From NCBI GenBank assembly GCA_002269645.1, contig NIVC01003802.1, positions 1-64,000 of the forward strand: DNA of 64,000 bases, read 5' to 3'. The translations under genes were made by a program, and so were the position numbers. Of the stretch, positions 11,710 through 23,604 are shown piece by piece. The stretch's first letter is position 1. The number at the start of each line of letters is the position of its first letter. The stretch comes from Macrostomum lignano (Eukaryota). The notes below the pieces were generated by a model. That model was not told the DNA's origin and ran no database searches. It saw nothing but the letters and a program-made list of their open reading frames with translations.

Positions 11710-14700
11710 CTATTAAATAATGCTTGAGAGGGCCAGGCTTAGCTAATCCTTGTTCAAGCGTTCAGCGTTTCCGTTTTCGGAGCATTTGACTGTGTTTGAG
11801 CTCAATGAGAATTGCTAATTAGCTTTTCTCATGTTCAGAAGATTTAATCAAATTTTAATCAAAAGTAAAAAGGGTGTGAAGTTTGGAATCAAAAGAAATT
11901 CTTGAAATTCTTGAATTGGTGTGCAAAAGAGGCTCTGGTTCTTTAAGCATTACTTTGATGTTTTTGCTGTGATGAAGCAGTTGGAGGGTTTCGAAGCAGT
12001 TTCTTTCTGCTTTCTTTTTCAAAGCAGCTCACTTTTTCAGCTGATCTGTGATTGGCATGATTGAAAGCAGTGTCTGTATTCATTGGACTAGTAGCTAATA
12101 AGGAGGCTGGCAGACTTCAACTGAAAATATAAATTTTAATTGTCAAATTTACGTGTGACTTCATTAGTTAAAAGAGTTTTAAAAAGAGAATAATGCCAGT
12201 GAAGCATTAAAAAGCAAATTGAAAAAATCTGATTAAAATTAACAAACCGTTAACAGTAAAATTCACTGAGAATTATTGCGCTTCACTCTACTTTAAGTAG
12301 GATCTGTAAGTCATTTACCGTTTTATATAAGACGCATCTTTTTCCACGCATCTTATAAACGAAGAACTGAACACACTCTACTTAGAAGTAACAAGCAATA
12401 TGAATACAGGAATCCAAAATGAATGACATCAGGTTATACTAACGAAAATGTTGCAATCCAAGTTTTTTTCACAAAAATATTGTATTCACTATATTAACTT
12501 CGCACTGCATTAGCGACTGACTTTTTGGTCAGAAAACACTGCAAACAAAACTGCTACAGATTCAAAGCTCGTTTTTTATCCAGGATTTTCCGAGCTAGAT
12601 AGAGTACGGAAAAAAATTAACGAACTCCCCATTAGTTAATTGCAAAATAAACACACAGAGTTGTCCAAATTATCCGAGTTGAAGGCGTCACCCTAAGTAC
12701 ATGCCACTCATCTATAGATGCAAATGCAGCAGTACTATTTAAATATAAATTTACTCTAACGGAAAGATCTCTGTAAATAAAATTCTGAATTTTAACGTGC
12801 ATTATTGGAGAATAAGTTTAATCAAGCCTTCTAAAATCTGCGGGAAACATTTTAAATTGTATCATTGAATATCAATAAAAAAATTTCCCTGGCTACTAAG
12901 AGCACTATATTGAAGCAGACAGACTATTGAGCCAAATGGGATTTAAATCTAAAGTCCTGAATCTTTAGGCTTTCCGGAGTGCAGAAAAACAAAACAAAAC
13001 AAAAATTATCGGCTGAATTTTACTCGATGAATCAACTTGAGATGGCCAGACACGCTATTTGGTTACTTGAACGAAGCGCAGTTTCACTTCTAGGTTAAGA
13101 ACACAATTAACAGTATTAAGCGCTTATACATTCAACTTAAAAAGTAACTTAACAGACTCAAGCACACAAATTACAAGCACACCTTAACTTAAATAAACCT
13201 TCAATTAAAACTCCCAAATAAGGATTGCATCAATATCTTGATTCCTTCGAGGTTCTTACAGTGCATGGCTTATTATGAAGTCAGTAAGGAAATTGAGGAT
13301 TTAGAGGGAGAGATCTGTTGACTTAACTAAGGGATCTTGGTCTGTGTAGAACATAGGAACGTGTCAATACGCTCGTAGGCTCTGATGAAATTCAGAATCA
13401 CCCACATGTCGTCACACTGCTATTCGATCGAGGGTTTCGAATTGAGCAGCGGTCGGAAACCGGGGTCTGGGGCCGGAGAATGTCGAAAAGCTTCGCAGTC
13501 CTAAAAATAATCCATGCTCGTACTGCCGCATTAGCGCGCACGCACTAAAACAAATTATTATATTAAATCAAATTAAGAGTTCTTAAATATATTCAATGCA
13601 CTTTATGCATATATACCAATTGGAGTTATTAGTAAAACAAATATTACTGGTTAATAAATTTTGGTCTACTACATACAATACGAGCTTTCTAAGTCGCAAG
13701 CACGGAGAAAAGAAGTCCCACCGAGCAGAACGGTGAGACTTAAATTAAGCCTACTCTGTTTCAGCTCAATTTCGTTTCTTTTTTTAGTTGAGACTCCGGC
13801 AATCAATTAGGAAAATTGTCTTGCGCGGTCCTGCTTGAACGAAGAAAATCCAAGTTGTAGACCGTCTTTAATTAGTTGATCAAGTTACAGGGCCCTTGTT
13901 TCCAAAAACGCTTTCTCTAATTGTTCTCTTTGTCAGCCATTCGAGGTGAAATCTGATATCACACAGTCTTTTGTTCAAACTGCATTCGGTTTGGCCAGAT
14001 AACTTTCCTTTGTCAGCTAGAAGCAATTATCAGCAATTATGTAATTTTATACGCAGCGACCGAACTTCGCATTAGTTGACGTTAGCAACTGCAATTTAGC
14101 ACAAATGTTTTCCAGAAATGCAGATGCATCAGATGACAGTGTCGTTATTTTTCTCATTTTGATGACGAGAAATAGCCTTTTTCTTACTTTGGAATTAGCT
14201 ATATGGTTTAACTCTATCGATGTGACTCATGTTTCCACCGCGAAACCAGGGGCGTTCCATAGCGGAATGGGCGCCCGCGCCTTCCCGCTGTGTCCCCTCC
14301 GGGACAGCCCTGCAGCTAAGTCAGGGGCGTTCCACATTGAGGCCTCTGGTTGCTACGTCGCATCTGTTTGTCCCTGTTTTAATAGAGCTTTGATGAATCA
14401 ACAAGACAGATTAAGCACAAGTGAAAAGACCTTCATTTTATGCTGATGCCATTTGCTAAGCTTACGAGTATTCTGCGCTTTCTCGTATATTATAAATTTT
14501 CGAGAATATATCGAACTGGAGAGCTAAACAGTCATTGTATTTTTGTACGAGTATTTTTGTCTTTTACTCGAAGTTTTGTCTGTTTGCGGCGCTGTAAACC
14601 GAAATAGTGTGGTAATAGAGTCTCTAAGTGAAGCAACGACAAGCTACTACGTGTGCTGAAACTAAATTACTACAATAAATTAAATGAGAAGTCGCTAACG

Positions 14701-14854
14701 TAACTAGACTAAACAACTAAATTACTAAAACTACTGAATTACTAAAGTAAAGACTAATTCTACTACACTTAACTAGTTAATATAAAATAGGTTTCTTCTG
14801 TTTTTACTGCTAGATTGCATCCGTTGCGGTCACTGCCAACAAAATTCAGAAACA

Positions 14855-15929
14855 TCAGCCACTGGTTGATGACCTACTAGACTTAAAGGCCGTGAATTTG
14901 ATCACTCGCAAGTAAGATGCTCGGAACTCAGCATTTAATAGACCATAAACTATGGCGTTCATGCTGCTATTAAAAAATGACATCCACACCGAGTACTTGT
15001 GAAACATATTGGACAGGTGGATATCCATCTTTTCAGTGATCACTTGAACCAAATACGGCACCCAGCAGGCGTTAAACACCAGGAAAGCCACCATGATCGT
15101 AAAAATGGCCCTCCTCTCGTCCCTGCTCAATGTTGTATCGGCCGATTCACCCAAGTTAGCCTTGATCCGATAGAGTTTCCAGAAAATTGCTCCGTAAGCA
15201 AAGCAGGAGATGCACAGTGGCAGAAACACTCCGAATGCAGCTAGCATGAAGGTAGCCGAGAACACATACTTCTCGTCGTAGTTGAAGCACGCGAAGGCAT
15301 CGGCAAGGTAGGTAAAGTTATCCGTAGCTCCTTCTACGCCACTGTAGATAAACCAAATCACCCAAATCAGTAAAATTATTAGCAGCGTCGATCGACCCGT
15401 GAAAATTCTGTCATAAAGGTGACGCTTGATAACGAAGCAATATCTGAAAGGGAGATTTTTTGGAGTTTAGAAAGTCTACAGAGATAAAAGAATATTTTTG
15501 AAACAAATTTTCATCTAACCTATTCAGAGCAATCGCACAGAAGTTGCTGTTCGATATGCCAGTGCAAGCGAATGATACGAAAGCATTAAATATGCATTGC
15601 GCATCAGTGAATATGTTCTTATTAGAGATGCGAGCAGAGAGCACACACGGCAGGACATATCCGCTAACGAGCAGGTCGGCAGAGGCAATGCTCAGTATAA
15701 AATAGTATTGCGGCTTCTGCATTCGTTTTGTTGTCAGAATGCTAATGATCAGCAGCAGGTTTCCAATAACGCCAATAGCGATAAAGATCGATAAAACTAC
15801 GCAGTCGCCAATCTTGTCAGCTAAGACGTCCGGCATTGGACAGGCGAACTCATCTCTGTGGTGATCGTCCTCCTCCTCAATGCAGTCCCTTGGCGCCACC
15901 GTAGTGGAGGTTTCGTTGTCAGCCTCCAT
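14855..15929 (-). CDS. Melatonin-receptor-like class A GPCR, copy A, 2 exons (15929-15520, 15443-14855), 332 aa
   Basis: GNLL in TM1, ASADLLV in TM2, AIALNR|YCF (NRY motif) across a 76-bp phase-2 intron, CWVPY in TM6, and FNSSMNAIVYGLLNAEFR in TM7 (NAxxY). Family assignment rests on motifs only. Confidence 0.85.
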
Positions 15930-16505
15930 AGCCTGTCGATCTGATGCCGGATCTTTGGGTCTGCCAATCGCGTTATTATTATTTTATATGACTTCAGCAC
16001 AGCTCAGACACAGTGCTGCTATCCAATAAGACCATAGCTCAGTCGTTGGGGTAGACAAACTCAGACAGTAAATATGAACCAATGGCAAATATAGTGTTTG
16101 ATTTGTTTTACAGAGATGAGGAAGAGATTCTGACAGTGAAAAACAACAGTTTAAACTAATTTACTTAGGCAAAGCGGATGTACCATATGCATGAACGCGA
16201 TGCCTTTATTTTTGTGCTTTTACGGGTCTGTCTAAGGTAAATCTACATCCGGAACTGTCCTGCAAGCGTCAAATCATAGCGCTATACAGCTGGTTCGTAT
16301 ATACTCATATTAGGCTTAAGTCAAAATGGCTGCTTTCTACAGCTTGAGTGAGCTAAACTATAAAAAACTACATGCAGAAGCAAGCAGCTACGAGCTAAAA
16401 CGAATGACTATAGTTGCTTTAGTCAAAAAAATATGCGGTTTTTGCAGTCCCAAGCTGCATAAAGATTGGTTTCATTCACTGTAGGTAATGTCAGTGAATC
16501 AAAAC

Positions 16506-17578
16506 TCAGGCTCTTGTCGACGATGGTCTAGCCTTGAAGGCCTTGAATTTGATCACTCGCATGTAAGACGCGCGAAAGTCGGCATTTAGCAAACCATAAA
16601 CTATGGTGTTCATGCTGCTGTTAAAAAATGACATCCAGACCGAGTACTTGTGAAACATTTCTGTGAGATCGACTTCCATCTTTTCAGCTATAGCCTGAAC
16701 CAAATACGGCACCCAGCAGGAGTTAAACACCAGGAAAGCCACCATGATCGTAAAAATGGCCCTCCTTTCGTCTCTGCTCAATGTGGTTTCGATTGATTCA
16801 CCCAGGCTCGTCTTGATCCGATAGAGTTTCCAGAAAATTGCTCCGTAAGCAAAGCAGGAGATGCACAGCGGCAGAAGCACTCCGAATACAGCCAGCATGA
16901 AGGTAGCAGAGAACACGCTTTTCTCGTGGAAGTTGAAGCATACGAAGGCGTCAGTAAGGTAAATGTAGTTACCTGTTGCACCTTTCACAGCACTGTAGAT
17001 AAACCAAATTACCCAAATCAGTAAAGTTATAAGCAGCGTTGATCGGCCCGTAAAGATTCTGTTATAAATGTGACGCTTTATAACAAAGCAGCATCTGCGG
17101 GTAAGAAGCTTATGAATCTTAGAAACTCTAGGAATTAGAAAAAATACTGTGAAACAAAATTTTCACCTAACCTGTTCAGAGCAATCGCACAGAAGTTGCT
17201 GTTCGATACGCCAGTGCAAGCAATTGACACGAAAGCATTGAATATGCATTGCGCATCAGTGAATATGTTCTTATTAGAGATGCGAGCACAGAGCACACAC
17301 GGCAGGACATATCCGCTAACGAGCAGGTCGGCAGAAGCAATGCTCAGTATAAAATAGTATTGCGGCTTCTGCATTCGTTTTGTTGTCAGAATGCTAATGA
17401 TCAGCAGCAGGTTTCCAATAACGCCAATAGCGATAAAGATCGATAAAACTACGCAGTCGCCAATCTTGTCAGCTAAGACGTCCGGCATTGGACAGGCGAA
17501 CTCATCTCTGCTGTGCTCGTTCTCCCCGGTGCAGTCCCTCTGCGTCACCGTAGTGGAGGTTTCGTTGTCAGCCTCCAT
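16506..17578 (-). CDS. Melatonin-receptor-like class A GPCR, copy B, 2 exons (17578-17172, 17094-16506), 331 aa
   Basis: Tandem paralog of copy A with the same intron position (77 bp). Motifs read NRC and NTIVY. An in-frame upstream ATG at 17599 is possible. Confidence 0.85.
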
Positions 17579-17771
17579 GGTCTGCCGTTCTAATCTCATA
17601 AGTCTGATTTATGTGAGGACGGCAGTTTGCAATATTTATATGTTCTAAGCACAACAAACAGGCCGCAAGCCAATAGGGCCGTAGTTAAGGCGTTGGGGAC
17701 AGGCACAGCCGCAAATTATCGACCAATGGTAGAGTGCGTTGTTCCTATTATTCCTATCAATCCTATCAACT

Positions 17772-18141
17772 AACCAATCAACCAACCAACCAACCAACCA
17801 ACCAACCAACCAACCAACCAACCAACCAACCAACCAACCAACCAACCAACCAACCAACCAACCAACCAACCAACCAACCAACCAACCAAACAACCAACCA
17901 AACAACCAACCAAACAACCAACCAACCAACCAACCAACCAACCAACCAACCAACCAACCAACCAACCAACCAACCAACCAACCAACCAACCAACCAACCA
18001 ACCAACCAACCAACCAACCAACCAACCAAACAACCAACCAACCAACCAACCAACCAACCAACCAACCAAACAACCAACCAACCAACCAACCAAACAACCA
18101 ACCAACCAACCAACCAACCAACCAACCAACCAACCAACCAA
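17772..18141 (+). repeat. (ACCA)n microsatellite with AACA variants
   Basis: About 370 bp of nearly pure tetranucleotide repeat. Confidence 0.97.
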
Positions 18142-19395
18142 TCTCTACTTTTTTCTTATCTCATATATTATCTCGTCTTTTCTCTTCTCCTCTCTCCTCC
18201 TTGCTCTCTTATCTCATCTCTCCTCTCCACTTTTCTCTCTCATCTTTCCTCTATCCTCTCCTCTCTTTATTATCTCCTCTCTATTCTCTCTCCCCTCCTT
18301 TCACTCCCATCTCTCCTCGCTTCACTATTCTCTCCTCTTTTCTCTCTACTCTCTTCTCTCTCTACTCTCTTCTCTCTCTTCCCTTTCCTCTCTTCTCTTT
18401 CCTCCCTTTTCCCTCTCCCCTCTCTCCCTCTGCTCCCGCTTCTCTCTCCCTATTCTCTGGCCTATCTCTCCTCTCCTCTGTACTCATCTCTAAGTTGGTC
18501 TCTCCTTCCTCTTCTCCTCTTATTTTTCCTATCTTTTCTTTTCGCTCTCCTATCTTCTCTCTTCTCTACTCTCTTATATATCCTCTCTCCTTTCTACTCT
18601 CTTATCTATCGTCTCACCTCTCCCCCCTCTCCCCTCTTCTCCTATCTTATCTCTTCTTTCTCATTTCTCCTCTCCTCTCACCTCTCTCTCCTCTTCTCTC
18701 CTTTCTTCTCTCCTCTGTTCTCTCTCCCTTTTCTCTTCTATCTTCCATTTTCTCTCTTCTCTCCTTCTCCCTCCCCTCTTTCGCCCTTCTCCCCTCTCCT
18801 CTCGTTTCTCTCGCCCATCTTCTCTCTTTCTATCATCTCTCCCCTCTTCTTTCCCGTCTCTCACCTCGCTCAACTCTGCTCTCTTCTCTCTACTCTTTTC
18901 TTTCCTCTCCTCTCTCCTTCCTCTTCTCCTCTTCTTTTTCCCATCTTTTCTCTTCGCTCTCCTATCTTCTCTCTTACTCATTTCTCATCTCTCTCCTCTT
19001 CTCTCTATCTCTCCTCACTTCTATCTTCTCTCCCCTTCTATCTTTTCTCGCTTCGCATTTCTTGTCTCTCCTCTCCTCTGTTTGCTTATCTCTAATCTTT
19101 TGTTCCATCTTCTTTGAGGTAAGACATTCGCCAAAATTTTTGGCTGAAGATTAAAAGGAGAGAAGAGGGGAAAGAAGAGCTAGGGGAGATAGTTGAGAGA
19201 GGAGGGAAGAGTGGAGAGAGGAGAGAAAGGTGGGAGAGGAGGCGAAGAAGTGGGGAGAGAGGAGAGATGGGAAGAGTGTGAAGAGGAAAGAGGAGGGGGA
19301 AAGGAGAGGAGAGAGAGGAAACTGGGATAGAGGAGTGGGGACAGAAAGAGAAAAGAGTTGAGAGAAGAAGGGAGGGAGGAAGGTAGAGGAGGGGA
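18142..19395. repeat. Low-complexity polypyrimidine tract (18142-19100) followed by a polypurine tract (19153-19395)
   Basis: CT-rich on the + strand, then GA-rich. This explains the spurious Leu/Ser/Pro ORFs here. Confidence 0.93.
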
Positions 19396-20310
19396 TGCAC
19401 AATTGCGTTGAAGAGGTACTACTAACTTTGCTAAAAGTTTCAAAGGACCCGCGGGGCGAGGCGAGGGCCGGGCCGGATAGAGGGGCTTAGCGGTATTTTG
19501 CCGACTCCTGCTCCAGAGTTTAAGAAATCAATGGGAAACTGTTGGCGCCTATTGAAATCTGTTTGACTGATGTCAATGATCTTGTCTGTGGTTGAAGGAT
19601 TCTATTCTGGGTTTGCTGCATTGCACTTGCACTCGATCTGCAGGTCTATGCAAAGCTAGGATTTTTCTCTTTTTCAAACCATGGCAGTCTTATTGAATGC
19701 TGTCTGGCTCATCGTACACTATTAAACTGTTTAACTGTTAGGCCTATAGGATAGGACAGTCAGGCAGCTTAAGAACAGTTTGGTTGAGAAATTCTACTGG
19801 GGCGCAAATAAAGTTGAACTTGAACTTATTCCAAAGTAATGTACATTTGCTATGTACATTGAGCCCTATCGCCTGACCCTTAGTCTGGGGGGAATGAGTT
19901 TGGTGAGCCGCACGAACAACAGAAAAAGCAAACTTCACATGCTTACAGTTTCTGTTCTGATTTAGTTATACAGAGTTGACACTTTTAACAGACAGTATTT
20001 AGACAGATCGAGTAAGTCAATGAAAAATTGTCAAGTTTGAAGTCAACCGCATCAAAGTTAGTCAGTTTTTAAACTCATTTAAACTCATTTTTTCTTATTT
20101 TAAACTCATTTTAAACTCATACCCCCTCTGGGCCAGATCAGGAGAGGCAGGCGGAGGCTGGGGTGGCTGTTTCGCTGACAAAAACAGCCTTAATTTAAAA
20201 GTGCACAGCGCCGTTCAGGATTAATGTTGAGACTCGAAATCTTACACGATCACGATTGTGTCAAAATAGTTGAAGATTGTATGTATTGAATTTGAAGAGG
20301 ATTGGTGAAA

Positions 20311-20560
20311 CTAGAGCGGCGGGCGCTATCGTCGTGTATCATTAGTGAAAAAATCGCGCGTTTTGAGCAGTTTTTTGCACTTTTAGGTAGGAGGAAGACT
20401 TGGATTTAGAAAATTTTAAGGGAGCCTGATGACACTTTCCGTAGTAAGTCTAGGGCGGATGCAAAATTTGGTGTAGTTTGGTTGAGCGGTTTGGGAATCC
20501 ATAGCGGAAGTAATTTGTACAGACACACAGATACACAGTTTTGATTTTTATCGTTTAAGA
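20311..20560 (-). mobile_element. Short Helitron/HINE-like element
   Basis: On the minus strand: A|TCTTAAACGATAAAAATC...CTGTGTGTCTGT...AAACCGCTCAACCAAACT...AAATTT, ending AGCG-CCCGC-CGCT hairpin plus CTAG|T. Confidence 0.4.
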
Positions 20561-21422
20561 TTGAGTTTTTGATTTACAGTATAGTAGAAAGCGTTATGAA
20601 CAAAAACTTGAGCAACTTGACCTGAAAATTTTGTTCGTTCGGTTATAAAGAATTCAGACTATATAGCAGCTGACAGTGAATGGAGAGCTAAAAAACTGAC
20701 AATTACTGACTTATCTAACCGGAATCCATTAATGAACCGAAAAATCACTGATCGTTGCTGCAAGCTACATTATAAATTGCTGCATCTCTATCGATTACCG
20801 TTGGGATTATAGCTCGGGAAACCATTCCGCTCCCATTTTTACAAAGACTAGCCAAGAGCTAGAATCAGTCCTGTGGACAAAAAATCGTTTCTATTTCTAC
20901 ATCTAAAACGATGTAGTAAAATGGGATAGGCAAATTCAATGCAAGTTCTAGTTAATTGTAAGACTTTTGACGCTTTGTGAATCAGATTTGAGCAACAAAT
21001 CGTTTACTCAGTGTTCCCGTAAAACAATTCTGAGAACGTCGCTGCAGAAATACGAATAAATATCCGTACTACAAACTGCAGTCAATAAAATAGATCGTAT
21101 TTGGAGAGTGCATTTCCATTTAGCATTTGGCTGTCTAGTCTATAAAAGCCTTATCTTCTAATTGATTGAAGGCCTACGCACCAATAAAGTACTTTCTGTA
21201 GACTGCGAGCAAAGCAAATAGATAAGCTCGTATTTTAGTTCTTTTTATTTTCTGCTATGGCTTTATTGGTGACAAAAGACTTTAATAGAATTTCTTGAAG
21301 TAGACAGAACCCTGCAACTAAACTAATAAATTAGTTACTATTATAATTACTAGTAGAAAGTTCCCATGCAAACATATGATAAGTTTGATAGTAGGAGAAT
21401 AATCTAACTTAGCATAGCAGTC

Positions 21423-23604
21423 TCAATCGCAGGTGACATTGGCGTTACGCGCCTGAGGCTGTGACTGCGGACGCTGAGCCATCGCCTCATGCAGCGCTGG
21501 CAGCGTCTGCCAGTCAATGAGCAGAGACAGATTGGCACCACCTGGCCACAGAGCGTCGAGCTGCAGCACCAACCTATTGTACAGCTCGGCCGCTAGCAGC
21601 TGGTCAGGCTCGGGATGCAATTCAAACAGCCATTCGTCTGCTGTGCTTAGCAAAAGCATTGCGGCAGTAGCGCAGTCCAGGCACCCTGAACTAGCATTGT
21701 CACAATTCTCGTCAGATGGAAATCCGTCCAGCGATCGGTGAAGAAGGCAGCGAAATTCTGCGAGTACATCGTCGCACGGACGACTGACGTAGCGCCAACA
21801 ACGTCTGGACCTGTCGTGACGAGTTGGTAGTACAATCTATAAACTATTTATAAGCCAGGGACTACTCAATACTCGGGACGGGAAACGACAATATTTGGAG
21901 GCCGATCTATTAATAACTTAGTCCTCGAAAAGCATCGTTTGGATTAGGTTTTTACCACAGCCACTAACCCGCTGACTGCAAGGTAGAACATATCGAAGTA
22001 ATGCTTTTCGAGGACTAAGTTATTAATCGAGCGGCCTCCAAATATTGTCCTTTCCGGTCCCGATCGTATTGAGTAGTCCCTGTTATAAGCATTATGCTAG
22101 TCAGGCTGAGTGAAGCTGACTAGATCATTTTACGGTCTAATAATAAAGCTACATGTAGAAAGCAAGGCTACCATTTTTTCCGCTACAGAAATTCATATAC
22201 AATAAATAAAAATGTACTACTGACGGGAAACGAAGCGATTTAAGCAGAAAAATCTTAAAGAGGACTACTTAAAAGTTAGATCTTGCTACCAGTATTGAAA
22301 GTAGGCTATTCTTTTGTCAAACTAGTCAACATGGATGCTGTAAGGTATGAATTCAAGAAAGGAGCCGTTCTACCTGTGTCTGAGCACAAATACACCGGCA
22401 GTCTGCAGCTGGGAATAGTTGCTCATGTCATTACAACCGCTTTCCGACTTGCTCATTTCCGACTGTAGAATTCTCGCCAGGGTATTGGCCAGGCAATCCA
22501 AGTTTGCTACAGAGTCGTCAAAAAATTCCAGCCCACCCGTCTCCGAGCGCCACCAGCCACTATGTTGTCGCACGTCTCGTCGGTACTTCAGTCTCTCTTT
22601 GGTTTGCGGCTTTGCGGCCAACTCAGCGGCCATGGCATGGAGGCGATGGCAAGCGTCGTAGTCAGCCTGATGTAACTCGCTGCTACGCTGTCGCAGCTGC
22701 TGGCAAAGCCGGCTAAACTCGCGAACGGCCTCATCGCACCGGTACAACAGGCCTGACTCGTCCGCCTCAAAGGCAATCCGACGCACGTCGTCAAACTGCA
22801 GATCGGCAAGACCCAATCGTCTAGCTTCCATCGCCGTTGCAGCCTCCTCGACAACAGCTAAGTGACTTCGACTCGCGCCGTTCTCTGTGGATCGGCACCA
22901 GTCAAGCTCCCGTAGCTCCTTCAAACAGACAAGGCTCTGATTCAGACTCGAGTTCAGACCACGAGGCCATAGGCAACCTAGACGAAGCATCAGTTCATTT
23001 TGCAAAGTCTGTCGCTCCGCCTCAGAGTCGTCAGCTGCCACGAGGGTCAGCTGCCAGTCGGTCTGACGAGTCAACAGAATCGCTGCACTGACCACTGCAT
23101 CAGATTCGTCAAGGCGGCTTTGATCGCTAGTCGAGCTGTCAAGTCCGTCGAAAGCCAGCCAGAGGAGACGCCGCAGCGCCCCAATAAGTTGGTTCTCGTC
23201 GCGACCGACGTAGGCAAATGCCGGCAGCCGAGCATGACGCAAAGCGAAAACACCCGGCCCGTGAAGGCGTCGCTTTGCCTCCGTAGCCGCTTCTGATAGC
23301 CCGGCCGAAACGTGCGCTCCAGATTGGCATCGGCTATCTTGGCCTCGGACGGACGGCCCCACCAGCCCGAGCGCTGGCGAATCACCTTGGCGAACGCACG
23401 TCTTTCGTCAGTCGGCGTCTGATTTAGCGCTGACGTGTGTAGCTGCGCCACCCGGACGAGATTGCGCCAATCGTCCTGCTGGAATTGCTGCAAAGGTTTG
23501 CCGCTTTGGATTCGCTTCTCCAGCTGGTTGTAGACCTCCTGAATGCCCGGTTCCAGGGCTGCCGTGCCTGGAATCAATAGTGCCTTGTTCGTTGATTCGT
23601 TCAT
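21423..23604 (-). CDS. Orphan protein with two ~270-aa internal repeats, each with a degenerate GIY-YIG-like module; exons 23604-22374 (apparent frameshift near 23261-23316) and 21810-21423
   Basis: Repeat motifs: RQRSGWW/RQHSGWW; GVFALRH-x7-YVGR/GVFVLRH-x7-YVSR; LWPRGLNSSL/LWPGGANLSL. The phase-2 intron 22373-21811 (CACAG|gtagaa...gacag|G) restores exact colinearity of the repeats. It could be a pseudogene or an assembly error. Confidence 0.65.
21856..22082. mobile_element. hAT-type MITE, 227 bp, with ~80-bp imperfect TIRs and 8-bp TSD TTATAAGC
   Basis: Left end CAGGGACTACTCAATAC and right end GTATTGAGTAGTCCCTG. TTATAAGC occurs at both 21848-21855 and 22083-22090. Confidence 0.9.

Noticed and set aside
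17645-19443. Long ORFs (up to 471 aa) of TNQP, VGWL and Leu/Ser/Pro composition
   Set aside because: They are translations of the (ACCA)n and CT/GA tracts, open only because the repeats lack stop codons.
21811-21840. Upstream TAG acceptor for the last orphan-gene exon
   Set aside because: It shifts into a frame that stops at 21647 and loses the repeat homology. The CAG at 21811 restores exact motif spacing.
23071-23362. Programmed -1 ribosomal frameshift or micro-intron joining the two orphan ORFs
   Set aside because: There is no canonical slippery heptamer, and the only frame-correcting GT-AG pairs are 19-22 nt, too short for introns. It is kept only as an unexplained frame break.
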